DNA of 63,553 bases, counting the filler, from Sphacelaria rigidula (lineage: Eukaryota): assembly GCA_964200075.2 (NCBI GenBank). It is 8 parts of 8 records of this genome, joined end to end, with 100 filler letters (N's around TTAATTAATTAA, not from the genome) between each part and the next. Parts side by side here need not be neighbours in the genome. Positions count along the whole stretch, not along the records: positions 47,742 to 55,597 come from CAXNAA020013213.1; positions 55,698 to 63,553 come from CAXNAA020013214.1; 6 more parts are not named here. One strand, given 5' to 3'. The number at the start of each line of letters is the position of its first letter. The first letter of the stretch is position 1. Below, one piece after another: positions 49,697 to 61,850 of the stretch. The notes beneath the pieces are model-generated. The model was given only the letters and a program-made list of their open reading frames with translations. It was not told where the DNA came from and ran no database searches. Both the position numbers and the translations under genes were made by a program.

Positions 49697-52390
49697 CGAA
49701 TTTCCTCATGAAAGAAACGGTACGCGTTTCAATCGTGCTACAACACACCTTATACACGGAACCGCCTTTCATCCAATACTGGACGGATTCCGTCAAACAA
49801 AGGCCGTCTTGTGTGGATGATGAGCTAGCGCTTGAACAATGCGCGAGAGTGGCGGGTGCCTATGCGTCGCAGACATCCAATGCCGGACCTGGAATAGCCT
49901 GAAACAACAACCAATTTGAAATTTGGAATGGCCGATGCTGCGTCGTTTTTTTTAATCTGGAGCCCACGCAGCAGATTTGAACAACACGACAGTAACGAAA
50001 CAACTCACGCAGAAATGGGGGGGGAACTATTACATGGGACATCAAGGTAGGCAGCTCCTGTCATCAAACGCTTTGGATAGAGCAGCTCCGTGCTAGCTCA
50101 GTTTGTTCGCCCAAACGTTCACGCGTCCGCCTTGCGTGTCTTCTCCGATCCAAGCACCCGACTACAGCTGAAGTACGGACGGAGACGCAAGAGACAGCTG
50201 GACAGTCGTCACGTGATCGTTTCATCGTTTCACCTTTGTGTAAAGAAAGTAGCTAGTGTACAGCACTTTGATCTCACCCCACTTCTGTGCTTACCGGAAC
50301 ACCACATGCAGCACTACAACTGTTCAGGCACTCTCCAGCGCACATCACACCATGTTCGTCGTAGAGTGTTCAAATGCACGACAGCACAGCGACAACTGCA
50401 GCATAGAAATGATGAGTGTAGGAAGCGCCTTGTTCGTTTGACGACATATTCTGAAAACAAAAATGCTGTTGTCGTAGTAGTATGGCAGCAGCAGCTGGAC
50501 ACTATGAATTTTGCAAGAAGAGGAGCTGATGCATACTGTATACAGTCCGTCTTCAGGTTCTAAAACTAAAAAACACTGCAAAACTGCTGTATTGTCTTGT
50601 GTTCAGTGTAGTATTTTGTGCTCCATATACCACTGCAAAACTGTGTTGTGTTCAGTGTAGTACCCTGTACTCCAGATAAGGGGTCACGTTTTGAGCAGTT
50701 TTTGAAAAGTTCTGCTTGCTTTTAAAAGTTCTCGAAAGATTCTGATAGTCTTCCTGTCACAAAAATCCAATGCCGAATCTGGAAGAGCCTGAGACAACAA
50801 CCGATTTGAAAATTGGAACTATGTGTGTATTCGATAGTTTTTGCTGTTGTTGTTTCCACAGGTTATTGAGGTTTTTTGCTTGGGTAGTCTGAGGGTACGG
50901 TTTGGCTTCGGTGGCGTGTGGTCAGAACTGGACGTGAGTTTCTCGACGACTTGAAATTGGCCTACCGATGGCCTCCTTGCTGTCCGATTTGTTCTTTGTA
51001 TATGCTAGCTTCTCGCTCGTCAACGTGTACGAGCCTTTGTGGGGCTACGTATGTGTAAGTATTGGTCAACGGTTTCATTTTAGCGCACCAGGTGCTGTTT
51101 TGAACTCGTGCAAGCTTTCCGCTGGTCAACATGGACGTGCCGTTGCCCAGGGTTGCTGCTATGGAACTGCCAGACAACGGATCTTCTGCACCTCCATGTT
51201 TTTTGCTCCCCTCAAGTTACTGGTTATCGAGGTTGCACGCTTTGCGCTCGTCAACGTGGACTTGATTTTTGTTCAGGGTTCCCTCGGAACTGCAGAACGC
51301 CGGGTATTTTTCTGCACTGGGCGTGGTGCGAATCTCACGGGGAGCATGAGTTCTGTTAGTGCTTGATCAACAACGTCGAGGATTTCACCTGCGCGTGACT
51401 GCCGAGCACCGGGTCTTCATCTGTACGATCATCGTTGGTTCCAACTCTTGCAAGCTTTCCGCTCGTCAACATGAAAGAGTTGTGTGCGACCATTCTCGCC
51501 CGGTTCGGCTTTGATCGCTTTCCTTCTGGATAGCTCCGTCCGAAAACATGCAGACAATCCCCACCTGTTTTTGGGACAATCATCATCTCCCCTCATGCGG
51601 ACTAGCCGACTCTCCCCTGGCGAGCCTGGACTTGTGTGAAGGCTTCGAATAATGCCAAGGTAGTAGTGCACTGTTCAGTCCAAAGGTTTCCTTAGGCTGC
51701 ACGCTGAGGCTCAGATGTTCATCATCGAGAAGCTCTTACTCAAAGGAGTCTCAAGAGACAAAAAAAGTGTACGCCTACGGTGGCAATTCTTCTTACTTGT
51801 GTATACCGTGCCATATGCTTCGTATCCTTCAATAAGAAATCATCTTGGTCGATTGCGTACACATCTCAAAGAGGCCAGCTCATGAGGAGCACAACCCGAT
51901 CCATGCCGCAACTGTAGTGTGAGCCAGAGCATTCACATTCGAGGGAATCATGAGCCGAAAAGGGAAACCTCCTCCGATCAAGTATGATTCAGATAAGATG
52001 AACTAGAACACCCGAGCCTGGAAATACTTCACGGACCTCGCAATAAGCTAAATATTATCACGATTTGAACAGACAGTCCAACAGCAGTGTTAAAGTTCCT
52101 CAAATAGCCCACTACTACAGCGCACCTTCTTCTGGCCAAATCATGGCATATTGGTCATACAATAACACATGGCCATCGCATCTACCGTGACGATCGTTCG
52201 ACGAGACTCTGGATAAACGTAGCTTGGGACACCAGGACCTTACAACCCCATTAACGCTTCCTATCGAGACGAAAGAAATACCACACCAACCGCGTCTCGT
52301 TGCGAGTGCTGACAGTTCACCCTAAGGTACGCCAGAATACTCCCCGCGGAATCTCAACGTCAAAATCGGCGCAAGGACGTGCATCACCCG

Positions 52391-54388
52391 TCATCTTTCA
52401 GGCGTCCAAGGTAGAGAACAAGACGCTCCTAGCCCAAACTTTGAATTCTCCCGAGTCTCCTCAGCTTTAACGTCGTCGAACGCGCCAGTGCACACAGGCA
52501 TCACTGCTGGCAAACCACACATCCGTCCCGTGGTGAAACCACGACTACTAATGCTGGGGCTATTACAACCACCTGCGCTGCTCCAACTACGAGAAGAGGG
52601 AGCCTGCCTGCTATACTCTCTAACCCCATCGACACCGCGTGCATCAGAAGAGACTGCCAGTTCTACCTTCATTCCTACCACCGTCCTTGCCTCTGAAGAC
52701 ACTTCATCATCAGACCCTGTGGGGAGTTGTCCTATGAGCGACGGTGGTGTTGAGTCACCCCGCCTAGGATCTGCGTACACACTCTGGCAAGCACCAACAC
52801 TGTCGCTTGCACCAGAAGCCCAACAAGCTGCACGCTTTCGCTTCTCTTCTCGCACGTCAGCAATGCTTCCTCGACCGCCCTCCGTCTCGCCACGGCCGGA
52901 GGTGGTCAACCCAGTGGTGGGCTTTCCGGTATCGCTCACAAGAGCTGCGTCGTGTGCAGTAGCATGCCCTCGCGAGTACTTTACCTCATCAGGGATACCC
53001 CTCTGAAATATATCGAACTTGGAGCATCCATCTTTGCTGAACCCCTGGGTGACCGCATTTACGACAGTCGCCCTGTCATACTGGCAGCAGCACTTCGCCT
53101 TCTTGCTTCCCGCTACACCAAACGACGCACACTTGGAGCAGCCTTCATCTCCGCACCTCTTGATTTCGATACCCATTCCTGTTCCAGCGTGCTTAGAGCA
53201 GAACTCCGTCTTCTTACTTCCCGCTACACCAAAAGACGCATGCTTGGAGCAGCCGTCGTTGCCACACTTCTTACTGATCACGTAGATCATTCGCGCTCTG
53301 GCATGCTCGGAACAGAACTTCTTGCTTCCCGTCACACCAAACGACGCACGCTTGGAGCAGCCTTCATCTTCGCAACTCTTGTGTTTGATACTTACCATTC
53401 CTGCTCCAGCGTGCTCGGAGCAGCACTTCGCCTTCTTGCTCCCCGTCACACCAAACGACGGATACTTCGAGCAGCCGGCGGTGCCGCACTTCTTACCCTT
53501 TACAGCGACCATTCCCGCCCTAGCATGCTTAGAGCAGAACTCCGCCTTCTTGCTTCCCGCTACACCAAACGACGGCCGCTTCGAGCAGCCGTCGTTGCCA
53601 CACCTCTTTTTTGTCACATCGATCATCCCCGCTCCGGCATGCTTAGAGCAGAATTCCGCCTTCTTGCTTCCCATCACACCAAACGACGCACGCTTGGAGC
53701 AGCCTTCATCTTCGCAACTCTTGTGTTTGATATTCACCATTCCTACTCCAGCGTGTTCGGAGCAGAACTCTGCCTTCTTGCTTCCCGCTACATCAAAAGA
53801 CGGATACTTCGAGCAGCCGGCGGTGCCGCACTTCTTACCCTTTACAGCGACCATTCCCGCCCTAGCATGCTTAGAGCAGAACTCCGCCTTCTTGCTTCCC
53901 GCTACACCAAACGACGGCTGCTTCGAGCAGCCGTCGTTGCTGCACTTTTTACGCTTGACATCAATCATCCTCGCTTCGGCATGCTTGGAGCAGAACTCCG
54001 CCTTCTTGCTTCCCACCACACCAAACGATGCACGCTTGGAGCAGCCGTCGTTGCCACACTTCTTATTTGTCACATCGATCATCCCCGCTCTGGCATGCTT
54101 GGAGCAGAACTCCGTCTTCTTGCTTCCGGCTACACCAAACGATGGTTGCTTCAAGCAGCCTTCATCTCCGCACATCTTCTTATTGGTATTTACCATTCCT
54201 GCTCCAGCGTGCTCGGAACAGAACTCTGCCTCGCAGCCCAATAGACCGTGCGATGGGCGCTTGGAGCAGCCCTCGTTGCCGCACTGTTCTTTCGCAACCG
54301 GGGCCATTAGCTCCCTCCTCGTGGCGTGGAATCGTGAGGACGACCTTGTCACACAAGCACAATTCACCAAGCGACCGAGAGTTTGCAT
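52391..54388 (-). CDS. EsV-1-7-like Cys/His tandem-repeat protein
   Basis: Uninterrupted ORF with 11 repeats of about 38 aa (C-x4-C-x-K-x2-SFGVxGSKKxxFCSxHxxxGMxxV) plus one degenerate repeat, then a low-complexity tail with KRKR. First ATG at 54388, alternative ATG at 54307; extra exons cannot be excluded. Confidence 0.88.
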   Translation of the reverse strand: MQTLGRLVNCACVTRSSSRFHATRRELMAPVAKEQCGNEGCSKRPSHGLLGCEAEFCSEHAGAGMVNTNKKMCGDEGCLKQPSFGVAGSKKTEFCSKHARAGMIDVTNKKCGNDGCSKRASFGVVGSKKAEFCSKHAEARMIDVKRKKCSNDGCSKQPSFGVAGSKKAEFCSKHARAGMVAVKGKKCGTAGCSKYPSFDVAGSKKAEFCSEHAGVGMVNIKHKSCEDEGCSKRASFGVMGSKKAEFCSKHAGAGMIDVTKKRCGNDGCSKRPSFGVAGSKKAEFCSKHARAGMVAVKGKKCGTAGCSKYPSFGVTGSKKAKCCSEHAGAGMVSIKHKSCEDEGCSKRASFGVTGSKKFCSEHARARMIYVISKKCGNDGCSKHASFGVAGSKKTEFCSKHAGTGMGIEIKRCGDEGCSKCASFGVAGSKKAKCCCQYDRATVVNAVTQGFSKDGCSKFDIFQRGIPDEVKYSRGHATAHDAALVSDTGKPTTGLTTSGRGETEGGRGSIADVREEKRKRAACWASGASDSVGACQSVYADPRRGDSTPPSLIGQLPTGSDDEVSSEARTVVGMKVELAVSSDARGVDGVREYSRQAPSSRSWSSAGGCNSPSISSRGFTTGRMCGLPAVMPVCTGAFDDVKAEETRENSKFGLGASCSLPWTPER

Positions 54389-55597
54389 GTAAGCCACAGG
54401 AAAACATCACTTGAAGTACTTCCTGAAACGGATAGCATTCGAAAGAACGGGAGTCACTTCCCCGCACATCTACAGATATATATATTCCCACGCTGATTTC
54501 AGCTACTGTGATCTCTTTGACATGACAGTACGAGTCAGGAGCGAAGAGAGCAAGGGAAAAGAGCAAAAGTACAGAGACCTTGGAGGAAACGTTTGAAGCG
54601 AGATACCTATGCCACAGCGTTCGCACCGTATCGAATAACACTTATATAATGATACACGGCAGAATTCTGAAGGCCTTACAGGACAGACAGGACAGGCCAG
54701 CTGGAGAGTAGTTTGCACGTGAAATATCAGACAGCTTTGTCGTCGAGTTGAGTAACGATAATGCAGCACCACGTGCATGTTGTACATGGGTACGCACTCG
54801 TACGAGCGCGAGGTGGGCGGGAGTCGTCTCCGATACTCGACAGTGCCAGAAACGTATGTCCTTGTCGTATGATAAAGTACAGCGATGTTAAACTGTCTCA
54901 CGGGACAACTCGACAACGGGCGTGTGTTTCATGCACTATATGTATACGATGGCAGGAGCTCGTTGAACCTCTGCATTGCATTGGATATCCATCTGTGTTT
55001 CACCCTCTGGAAAAATGACGAGACAGGAAGAATCGGAGGAATATATGAACGGTTCGAGGGTAGAATCACATCTACGAGAAGATTGTGTTGGGAGATTTCG
55101 AAGGAATTAGCCCTAGTAGCCTGAAACCGCTGAACGAATTCCTACCTAGGCCAAGCGTATTGTTGGGATCGCTTTGCGGCCTTCGTGAAATGTTCAACAG
55201 TTTGGGAGGTGTGCAGCGACTACGCCCGGTCGATATACCTCCGTGATCCCGGCTAAAGTCTCGTGAAAGCGTATCGATGTGGAGACCTGAACTGAAACAG
55301 AAATGGGCAGTTTGCTTGAAAAACAACTCGGACATCACACGTCTTGCCGTCGGTATGACGACAATCTCAGCCAACACGACTCCATAGGGTGCAAGGGTCG
55401 GACAAATAATGGTTCGTCTGGAAATTACTTGGTTTTAGTATGATGAATCGACTCGTGACGAATCAATTCAAAGGCTTTATTTATTTCAGCGTTGCAACCC
55501 AGGTACACGCAGCCCAGACACGTGGAATGACGCAAAAGTTGCGCGGATACCCCTTGGAACAGCGATCACACTTTTTTTCTCCCTTCTGGGCAATCAG

Positions 55598-55697
55598 NNN
55601 NNNNNNNNNNNNNNNNNNNNNNNNNNNNNNNNNNNNNNNNNTTAATTAATTAANNNNNNNNNNNNNNNNNNNNNNNNNNNNNNNNNNNNNNNNNNNN
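55598..55697. other. Artificial contig-joining spacer
   Basis: N44-TTAATTAATTAA-N44. Confidence 0.99.
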
Positions 55698-58299
55698 TTC
55701 AACCACGATCTGACTCGAAATTTCGAGCAACAAATGCCCCAAAATACCCCCACCCCTATCGTAGGATGGCTCACTTGGAGACATCTCGCTTGCAAGCAAG
55801 CCAAGAGCACTTCTCTGCACGTGAAAGTGAGTCTACGTTTGGCCTTATGATGCAGCGCTGGTTTGGACTCAAGGGTCTATGCGCCACGAGCTGCATTCGG
55901 CTACAACCGTGCTCCAAGTCGGCTGATTGCACATTGCAACCCTCGACTATACTTGTTCCTCGAGAGTGACGCCCTTATCACCTCGTTGCCAGACCACAAC
56001 ATGGTGCCCAATCGAGAAGATGACCAATACTGCATAGTCGCATCGCTGTAGGGGTGAACAGGTTAGCGTCTTGTCTGCACACGGTGTAGCGCAACAATCG
56101 TGCTTTCTGTGTAGCTTGGGGTCCTCCGAGCACCGATCCCGTGTTTTAAATGCCAAACGTTTACATGCCTGTCGGCTCCTCGATGAGACCATCGGCTGGG
56201 CAGAATAGGGCTGGTACACCTGGCTGTAGCGTGTGCCCGATACCTTCCGTGCCAACACGACACCACAGGTACGTCCTGTGGTTAATACTTTCACGTGCAC
56301 CTGTGCGCGCACCCGCGTATGGCTAAGTACCCCACGCACCCTCATGATCACCCAGACGGTGTGCTGTAGAGCGCCTGCTTCCGTGTAAAAAACCTATTTT
56401 TGTTTTCAAAAAATTGAAAATCCCCGTTCGGGAATCCTACAGTGAAGTGCACATTCTCCAATAGCAGGTCCGGATGTTACGACGTGCATTTGTGTACAAA
56501 GTGCTTCGTAGGCAGGAGGTAAGATGCTGTTGATCCACTTCTAGAGAGTAAAGTATCCCAAGACGGAAACCGGCGAACATGCGTGCGCAGAGTACACATA
56601 GCCAGTAGTGGGGGGTAAAGTCCGCGTGGAGGTGGGTATATAGAGGCTCTTGACTGCTTGTGAAACGTCAGATATTGTGAGACCGTACTCCGCGTGCAGC
56701 GCTCGGGGTTCATATGTTTCTTTCATGTCGAACTCCTGTTAGCTCTGGTGCCCCTGCCTACCCATGTTAGCCAGAAAGGTGATCGCACGGTGTTTGCACG
56801 GTGCTGTGTGCAGTGGCAGCGGGTTTGCACGGTCTGCTACTTTGTACCAAACACTCTGAGCACACGCACAGGACTGCTGCAGCAATTGTTCCGATCATTC
56901 TTTGTGTGTCCAAATGTATTACTGACCGACGACCGCGGAGCATCTGTGCTGGACTCACCATGGGGGCGAAACACATTTTACGCCCAGCAGTGACGAAAAG
57001 CCCCTATTAATAGTATGAATCGATTGACGTGCGGCATTGTAAAACGTCATTGTTTGGGTTCAGTCGTTTTGGATTCGCCTCCGCTCCACGTCACAACATG
57101 TCGCCACTACAGTGGTATCTTCACGCCGGCCTACAATTCGACACATCACATCTACTCGACAAGCGGAATCTTCACTTCGTCATGGGGCAACCTATCTTCA
57201 CGCCACTTCATAGGGAAACCTATCGTCACTTCATGAGACAAACAGCGTTTCGCCACGACACTACGGAGGCATCGTGGTTTCTTCACATCGGCAAACTTGG
57301 GGCAACCAGTGCCGTTGCTCGGCAGCAGTAGACATACCGATTGTGTAAGGTATCATATGCCGGGCTCACGCATTGATCGTTTTGTCTTGTCCACCCTTCC
57401 TCTAACGTAGCGTTGCGTTTGACTCTTGCCTTCACAGTGACCCGTATTTTATTTTTATTTTCATTTCTTGTACTTCTTCTATTCTATAGTTATCTACTAT
57501 TTACGTCTTTATTTATTTTGAGGTTCGGAATTGCAGACGAACATCAGAAGAGCCCGCACTAACACTACGCCCCCACGTCCGCCCCTGCCGCGTTTGCTGT
57601 TCAATTTTGCTCGCCCCGAACGTACCTGCGCAATGCCGCGAGTCATATCATGGTCGTTGGTATCGCATCATACCATGTCAATGATCTGGGGTTTTCCCCC
57701 TCCTATTCTTTGTTTTTTCTGTTCGTTATTTCCTCTCCGCTTCCTCTGTCTTCTGTTTTTTCATATCATCAGTCACCTCTTCCGCTACTATACTGTTTTT
57801 ATTTCCGGTCTTTTCCATACGTTTTCTTCTCTCCCGCTTGCCCTCCTCAATATATGTTTTTTTTATTAGCCATCACTTTCCTACTCCGCCACTATTCTAT
57901 TTTTGCGGCCTTTTCCGCATTCAGCAGTCGTAGCCCACGATGCATTCTTTACGCCATTTTCTCATTTCACAGACTCACATATCCGATTTTTGTTTCTCTT
58001 TTTGTTCCCCCGTCTACCCGTACCCCTCGATTTTCTGCCGTGTTTCGTCTCTCGCTCTCTATAGTTCAAGATATATTTTCTTCACTTCCCGTGGTAATTT
58101 TACTCTACAGCCAGCTTTGCTATTGTAATTGATACTTTGATGTTGCAAGCGTATAGCCCGCCCCATCCATGGTGTTTCTTTAGCGCACATTTTGCGAGAG
58201 CCGTTCCCTGATGCACGAAAGTACACCCCAGGTACACTTGTCCTGAGAAACCTGCGATGGCAAACTTCAGGGATGACCGCGAAGCGCAACGAAAGCCAA

Positions 58300-61200
58300 C
58301 TCGGGGTAACGGGTCAGATCGGGCATCGACAGCGGCTCCACCAATCGCAGCCAATCGAGGTTTGCTAGATATCGGAGAAGGTGGTGTAACTATATATCGG
58401 GAAGGTCGTAGCGTAAGGTTAATAGGTGGGTGGACCGGAGAAACGGAAGCTGGTGGACGTCCTGCTGGGCTTCCTGGACATTGGGCTGTTCTCCACGGAC
58501 CCGAAACAGGTTCTGGTCACCATCAGCGGTGAGCTAGAACTACCCCTTGTTTGAGAGTACTTTACTTCATTCGCAGCGAATCAACTCCACGTTTGTTTTG
58601 CCGAGTAGGGTCACGTAGCTCCCCACGTGGTAGACTTGAGACCGCCCGCACAACACCGATCAAGGTTCCGTAACAGGTGAGAGTACTGGTCATTGCGCAC
58701 AATCAGCGAACGAACGAAGGTAGGCGAAGTGCTCTCCGCAAGGGGGGAGACGCCTAGTTCATTCTCAGACCTCCGACTGGACACAGTGGCGAATGATCGT
58801 GCTCTGCAGACCCTTACTAGCGCATCCAATCTGATCGCCAGCTAGGAGGCCCTTTGCGAGAACAGGTGCAATCGGACCTGAGGGGGGGCGTACTCATTTG
58901 TTGCTTGCCTTAGTCGTTCGACCATTGCCCACGCATCCCTTTCGAGACGGAGCACCGCTCCTACTCCTGATAGAGACACCTTCAACATTCCGGCGCTCAT
59001 TACGTTCCTTCCATTGCTCATTACGTTTCTTCCATACATTGTACAAAAACCTTTTACACATCTTATCCCCGTCCTGTTTCGCCATCTGTGGCCACCATCT
59101 ATCTCCTAGTAGAACCATCGTTTTCTCCCTACTGTCTAATGCATTAAACGATTTCATGCGAGCTTCGTTCACGTTCCGCATTTCCCCCTCTAGCACGTGC
59201 CATTCCTCGTTGTATAGTTCACATTCTGCCACTACATGGCTTCTGCTCTCTATTGCTTCGCCACAGAGGCAGTTCTGTCCATATACTTTCTCCTCCTTCC
59301 GACCACTGGTATATATATTTCTTCTTTCTGGCAAGTCCAGGCCCCCCACCCGAAATCGCAGTTTCAATTTCTTCGCCGCGTCCATGGGGCCATGCAGATA
59401 TATATGGTTTCATTCCGACCCCCTCTCTCAACCACCCTTATATCTCAGGATGTTCTTTCTCGTCTACCTTACGTCTGAGCGCTCCCTTCCCCCCCTATTT
59501 CTATCGTGTCTCTCAATTTTGTCTTGCACCCCGCGCCTTCATCTATGAACAGTTTTTCGCCTTGGTGTCCTCCTATCTCCTTCCATACTTTGTCGACTTC
59601 TCTATCCCACCTTATTATGGCATGTCCTTTCGTACTTCTCTTCCATACAGCCTTATCAACTATTGCTGGCAGTAGCTTTGCATGTTTCTCAAGCTGTATT
59701 ACCCTCTCAATTTCCTCATGCCTCTGTTTGTAGTGAGTACATTTCCCGCTCTACTCTCAGTGCTGTATTCCTCGTTGTCTTCGAGCATCCAAGTATGTTC
59801 TTAGCTGCTGCCATCTGTACTGTTTCCAACCTCTCGACCAATTTCACGTTCCACTCCCATACTTCTTCTGCATATTCCAGCTTTGATGCAATCATGTTCA
59901 TCAGGATACATCTCTTAATCCTAGTGTCTAGGTGCGAATCTCTGAGAAATACGCCCAACCTGCCTATCTGTACCTTACCCTTTTTCTATTGCTCTATTTA
60001 CGTGTGCATCCCAGCAATAGTGTTTCGAGATCTTTACGCCCAGGTATGTATACTCGTCTACAATTGGCAGTTCCTCTCCTCTCCACTTCCACTTGAACTC
60101 TATTGGATTCGTCTTATCTTCGTTACAGATGAGTACCGCGCAATTGTTGACATTCGCTGTCACTCTCCATTTCCTTGTATATTCTAGCGCCTTGTCTATC
60201 TGTTGTTGCAATCCTTCTGCTGTTCCTGAAATCCCCACAAGATCATCGGATCTGAGGGCAAAACGACTGCCGAAACGGTAGGTGAGAGGCGATCTGAGTA
60301 CAAAATAGAAGCGATAACTGAGAGTCGATGATGAGGAGCTGCCGGCAGTTCCAAAAATAATGATCGCCGACCTGCTGGCACTCGTTCACACATTTCATGA
60401 AAAATTAACAGGAGGTTCCACCTTATTATCCACGATGCGTGACCGCTTCCTTTTGTCAACAGGTACGGAAGGTATCAGGCATGATGTGCTGTCATGCAGT
60501 TGCAGGAGGCCCAAGAGATCAAGCGGTCGTCAAACGACCATGAGGTAGGGGCGTGCGGTAGACCCATGGGACGAGGTGGTCAACTTGGCAACGATTGAGG
60601 ACATACTGCACTCACATACATCTGCCGGGCAGTTGACCTCGCTTCCCGATCCCCATTTGGCTTTCCACAACCATCAAAATAAGCCAACTCGGTGGTCCTT
60701 GCCCCTGTGGATTGTGCCTAACTTCCGGTGTCCCTCAAACGATTCGCTGAAGAGAGGGAACGCTTTTAGCGTGGAGGTAGTCCCCCATTTGCGCAGGTGA
60801 CTGAAAGAGGATATCGCTTTCCGAAGCGTCAGATCTCCCACGCGGTCAGGACGCAGTCGTCAGCCCAGGAGGATGGCTACTGAATATGTTGTCGGAGCTT
60901 TGCGAGTCATAACGTCAGGTGGAGTGAGCAAGTCTAATTGGCTCTTTGAATCAAGCACACATTGCTTGACACGCTGCTTTCCTCCCCGAGTTGCCGTGTC
61001 GACGCAAAATCACGCATATATCTAAGCTGACTTGCACTTATCTCACAAGAAGCTTAACCGAGTGTAGAACTGGACCCTTTCGTAGAACAGCGCGAAGAGC
61101 ACCTATGCGAGGTAAGACTGGGGATGGATCCGGAGAGAGAGATCTGAACGGGTCGGGATGGCAACGGCAGGAACCTGCAGCACTAGTACACGGTACATGA

Positions 61201-61850
61201 AAAATTGACAAGGATCGATGACGGCACCCGGTCTGGAGGGGGTGATGCAAAGACACAAACTACGTACGCGCAAGATAGTCCGCCATTGGTCGAACCGTAT
61301 CTCGTTACCTGCTTCATCTGAGATGTTTAGTTGCTGACGGGTTCGCCTAGTCTGATTGAACATCAGACTTCCAGGGCGACGCCAACCTTGAACCCAAAAC
61401 CCCACCTCCTCACCCTGAAAGACCGTCGCGAGTCTAAATCCAGAAATGAATCAGGTTGGAAATAGCGAGGAAGGGCCCAGGATGGAGCAATGTCGGAGGG
61501 GCTACCAGTAAGCGGAATTCTGGAAAGCCTCACGCTTCCACGAGTGGACGGGTTCCACGCCCTTTGACACCTGCACCACCCAGCCAAGGCATCGAGTATG
61601 CCATCCCGCCCGAGCACGCCATGTCCTTTTGTCGCGCAGTCATGCTCTGAACTTGTTCCCCATAGGTTTCGCATTCCAAGAGGCTTTTGACGGAGCTGGG
61701 CAAAAAGGACAATTGTTCGACGGCGGCAAACACTTCGGGGGAGTGATGAGACGACGAAGACTGCGTGGAGTCTTGAAGTGAAGAGCTCCAGCAAGTGGCC
61801 CAGACGAGCGAGTCTATGGCATTGAGCGAACGAAGAAGAGAGAAGCATAA
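58300..61850 (+). mobile_element. Degenerate Ty3/Gypsy pol relic, split by a LINE insertion
   Basis: VPKIMIADLLALVHTFH...TLLSTMRDRF...IRHDVLSCSCRRPKRS...DPWDEVV (about 60345-60580) has the integrase zinc-binding layout; outer boundaries approximate. Confidence 0.55.
58885..60244 (-). mobile_element. 5'-truncated LINE (RT C-terminal half plus CCHC finger) with 14-bp TSD
   Basis: DDLVGIS...GLQQQID...YTYLGV...CLCGEAIESRSHVVAEC; TSD ATCGGA(C/T)CTGAGGG at 58871-58884 and 60245-60258; stops and frameshifts. Confidence 0.95.

Noticed and set aside
49874-50820. ~55-bp direct repeats at about 49874 and 50764 as LTRs
   Set aside because: Short, diverged, lacking TG...CA ends and a TSD.
52952-54392. 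Long plus-strand ORFs (430 and 356 aa)
   Set aside because: Antisense shadows of the repetitive minus-strand gene.
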